From NCBI GenBank assembly GCA_040386535.1, contig JAZKFH010000005.1, positions 94,198 to 158,197 on the forward strand: 64,000 nucleotides of DNA, given 5' to 3'. This document shows, in pieces, positions 57,115-64,000 of this stretch. A program made the translations under genes and the position numbers. The notes under the pieces were generated by a model, which saw only the letters and a program-made list of their open reading frames with translations, was not told the DNA's origin and made no database searches. Each line of letters starts with the position of its first letter. The first letter of the stretch is position 1. Source of the stretch: Myxococcota bacterium (GTDB lineage Bacteria > Myxococcota_A > UBA796 > SXON01).

Positions 57115-58334
57115 TCCCCACCGAATCCATCGCGGACGTGGTCCGCCCGCCCCCGGCGCCGCGCACCGACGTCGTCCCGCAGGCGCCGACCACGGACGCC
57201 ACGCTCGATTGGCTCTGCCGCGACGCGCCCCGGCTCTCCACCATCGCGGAGGTGTTGGAAGGGCTGTCGGTGCGCCTCCTCGCGGAGGGCGTCCCCATCG
57301 TGCGCACGTGGCACGGCACCCTCCCCGTCCACCCGCTGGTCTTCGCGCGCGGTTGGTCCTGGGAGCAGGGGAAGCGGGGCACGGAGGATGTCATCTCGCA
57401 GGAGGGCCGGTCGGTGGCGCTCGAACACTCGAGCCCGCAACACCGCATTCGGGATGCCGACACCCGGCTACGGCTGCGGCTCGACAGCCCTGACACCCCC
57501 GCCTACCCCCAGCTGGCGCGCCTCTACGAGGCCGGCGCCACCGACTACGTCGTGTTCGGGTTGCACGGCGGGCGGGTCCGCGCCTCGCTGACGTTCACCA
57601 CCAACGCGCCCGGCGGTTTCACCGACGCGCACCTCGCGCGCCTCGATTGTGTGCGCTCCCACGCCGGCGTGACGCTGCAGTGTTTCCACCTCGAAGATCT
57701 CGCGTCCACCCTGCTCGGTACGTACCTCGGTGCGGGCCCCGGCGAGCGGGTGCTCAACGGCCAGGTGCATCGCGGCGACGGGGAGACCGTACGCGCCGCC
57801 ACCTGGTTCTGCGACCTCCGTGGGTTCACCTCGGCGAGCGAGAGCCTGCCCATCAACGAGCTGCTCCTGCGCTTGAACGATTGGTTCGAGGCGATGGTCG
57901 GCGCGGTCGAGGCGCACGGCGGGGAGGTGCTGAAGTTCATGGGGGACGGCATGCTCGCCACCTTCACCGAGCCCGACGCCTCGCTCGCCTGCCGCGCCGC
58001 GCTCCGCGCCGCCAAGGACGGGGAGGCGCGCATCGCCGCGGTGAACCGCCGCCACGATCGCCGCGCGCAGCCCATCCAATTCGGCCTGGCCCTGCACTAC
58101 GGAGACGTGATGTACGGCAACATCGGCGCCCCCGCGCGCCTCGACTTCACCGTCATCGGGCCGGTGGTCAACCGCGCGGCGCGGCTCCAGGCGCTCACCG
58201 CCAGCGTCGGCCACACCATCGTGGTCTCCGACGCGTTCGCCAAGCTGTGTGACGTGCCGATGGTCTCGCTCGGCATGCACACCCTCAAGGGCGTGCCCGA
58301 AGCGGTCGAGGTCTTTACGCTCGCTTCTGAGTAG
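57108..58334 (+). CDS. Class III adenylate cyclase with GAF-like N-terminus
   Basis: FCDLRGFT, LKFMGDG, DFTVIG..VNRAARL, LKG; Lys/Asp pair indicates ATP specificity. Confidence 0.92.
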   Translation: MLIPTESIADVVRPPPAPRTDVVPQAPTTDATLDWLCRDAPRLSTIAEVLEGLSVRLLAEGVPIVRTWHGTLPVHPLVFARGWSWEQGKRGTEDVISQEGRSVALEHSSPQHRIRDADTRLRLRLDSPDTPAYPQLARLYEAGATDYVVFGLHGGRVRASLTFTTNAPGGFTDAHLARLDCVRSHAGVTLQCFHLEDLASTLLGTYLGAGPGERVLNGQVHRGDGETVRAATWFCDLRGFTSASESLPINELLLRLNDWFEAMVGAVEAHGGEVLKFMGDGMLATFTEPDASLACRAALRAAKDGEARIAAVNRRHDRRAQPIQFGLALHYGDVMYGNIGAPARLDFTVIGPVVNRAARLQALTASVGHTIVVSDAFAKLCDVPMVSLGMHTLKGVPEAVEVFTLASE

Positions 58335-59907
58335 GGCGAGCGCCCTTCCCTGCCTGCGCAACCGCTCCCGGCAGCGTGAACGTGAACGTCGCGCCCTTCT
58401 CCAGCTCCGCGTACGCCGAGAGCTGGCCGCCGTGGCGCTCGATGACACGCTTCACGGTGATGAGGCCGATGCCGTTCCCCTCGAACTCGTCCTGCCGGTG
58501 GAGCCGCTGGAAGGCGCCGAACAAGCTGGACGCGAACTGCATGTCGAAGCCCGCACCGTCGTCGCGGACGAAGTAGGCGCCCGTCGTGGTGTCCTGCCCC
58601 ACCTCGATGGTGGCGTGGTTCTTCTTCGAGGTGAACTTCCACGCATTTCGTAGCAGGTTGTCCAACGCGATGCGCAACAGGCGGGAGTCGCCCTGGGTGG
58701 TCAGCCCCGGCGCGATACGCGCGGTCACCTTGCGCTCCGGTGCGTCCCGCGCGAGCTCCGAGATGCAGCTTGCCGCCAGCTCACTGAGGTTGACGGTCTC
58801 CCGCCGCATCTCGTCGAGGGAGCAATGGGACAGGTGGAGCAGGTCGTCGATGAGCGTGCCCATCCAACCCGCGGCGGTGTGGATTCGGGAGAGGAGATCC
58901 TGGCCTTCCTCGTCCACGACGGCGCTGTAGTCCTCCAGCAGGGTCGCGCTGAACCCCGCGATGCTGCGCAACGGCGCGCGCAAATCGTGCGCGACGGCGG
59001 AGGTGAACGTCTCGAGCTCCTGGTTCGCGAGCTTGACCCCCTTGTTCGCGCTCAAGAGCTGCTCCGCGGTCGCGCGGAGCTCGTCGTTCGCCTCCTGCAG
59101 GGCCTCCTGTGCCAGGCGCCGCACGGTCACGTCCTGCCACATGCCCTGGATATGCTCGGCCTCGAGACCGGCATCGACCAGCACGGCCTCGTCGAGCACC
59201 CAGACGACGCGATCGTCCGCCGTGACCACTCGATATTCTTCCGAGAAGGCCTTTCGCTCGGACACCGCCCGCAGGAATTGGCTCTGCACACGCGCGCGGT
59301 CGTCCGGGTGCACCCGATTGCCCCAGAGCGGGGGATTCTCCAGGAAGGCGTCGACCCCGAAGGAGACGAGCTTCTGGACGTTCGGGCTGACGTACCGGGT
59401 CACGCCGAACGTGTGGAGCTCCGCCACGTACACGGTCGCGGGGGTCTCCTCCACGAGCCGGCGAAAGCGCGCCTCCGAGGCGACGAGTTGGCCGGATTGC
59501 TGCTCGATCAATGCCCGCTGGCGCGCGAGGTCGACGAACACCGCCACCTTGGCGCGCAGGGTCTCCGCGCGCACGGGCTTGAACAGATAGTCGACCGCGC
59601 CCAGCTCATAGCCGCGCGACACGTGCTCGTCGGCCTGGCTGTTGGCGGTCACGAAGATGATCGGCATGTGCCGCGTGCGTTCGCGTTTGCGGATGAGCTC
59701 GGCGGTCTCGAAGCCGCCGAGGATCGGCATCTGCACGTCCATCAGGACCGCGCAGAAGTCGCGTCGCAGCAGGCACTTCAAGGCCTCGGCCCCGGACATC
59801 GCCGTGACGACGTCCGTGCCCATGTTGTCCAACGCCGCCGACATCGCGAGCAAGTTCGCGGGGTTGTCGTCGACCAGGAGCACGCCGATGTTGGGAGGAG
59901 GTTGCAT
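58315..59907 (-). CDS. REC-PAS-HisKA-HATPase hybrid kinase
   Basis: LVDD...LMDVQMP...[29 protein letters not shown]. Confidence 0.93.
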   Translation of the reverse strand: MQPPPNIGVLLVDDNPANLLAMSAALDNMGTDVVTAMSGAEALKCLLRRDFCAVLMDVQMPILGGFETAELIRKRERTRHMPIIFVTANSQADEHVSRGYELGAVDYLFKPVRAETLRAKVAVFVDLARQRALIEQQSGQLVASEARFRRLVEETPATVYVAELHTFGVTRYVSPNVQKLVSFGVDAFLENPPLWGNRVHPDDRARVQSQFLRAVSERKAFSEEYRVVTADDRVVWVLDEAVLVDAGLEAEHIQGMWQDVTVRRLAQEALQEANDELRATAEQLLSANKGVKLANQELETFTSAVAHDLRAPLRSIAGFSATLLEDYSAVVDEEGQDLLSRIHTAAGWMGTLIDDLLHLSHCSLDEMRRETVNLSELAASCISELARDAPERKVTARIAPGLTTQGDSRLLRIALDNLLRNAWKFTSKKNHATIEVGQDTTTGAYFVRDDGAGFDMQFASSLFGAFQRLHRQDEFEGNGIGLITVKRVIERHGGQLSAYAELEKGATFTFTLPGAVAQAGKGARPTQKRA

Positions 59908-59909
59908 GG

Positions 59910-64000
<4,091 letters not shown>

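Overview
Very GC-rich bacterial window, almost certainly Myxococcota (MYXO-CTERM tails, a myxobacterial Cys-rich repeat, a poly-HAMP hybrid kinase, a TIGR02147-like gene). About 45 CDS, mixing housekeeping genes (hisS, rnd, yaeQ, cydAB, selD fusion, BolA, Hsp20) with accessory loci. The most notable loci are: (1) a solitary ~3077-aa FAAL-ACP-KS-KR-ACP-C-A-PCP-C megasynthase with no AT or TE domain, an A domain lacking the amino-binding Asp, and a terminal domain resembling cyanobacterial acyl-ACP reductase; (2) immediately upstream of it, a non-coding structure of four 50-bp hairpin repeats and two ~150-bp direct repeats bracketing a lipoprotein gene; (3) a TraAB-like pair (MYXO-CTERM surface protein with a long acidic TSP3-type stalk, followed by a beta-barrel/TSP3/OmpA protein); (4) a coupled small protein/KaiC-like ATPase with winged-helix tail/hybrid kinase cassette. 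No rRNA, tRNA, CRISPR array, transposase or integrase was recognised. All family assignments were made by eye from motifs, and start codons were chosen manually; no database searches were run.
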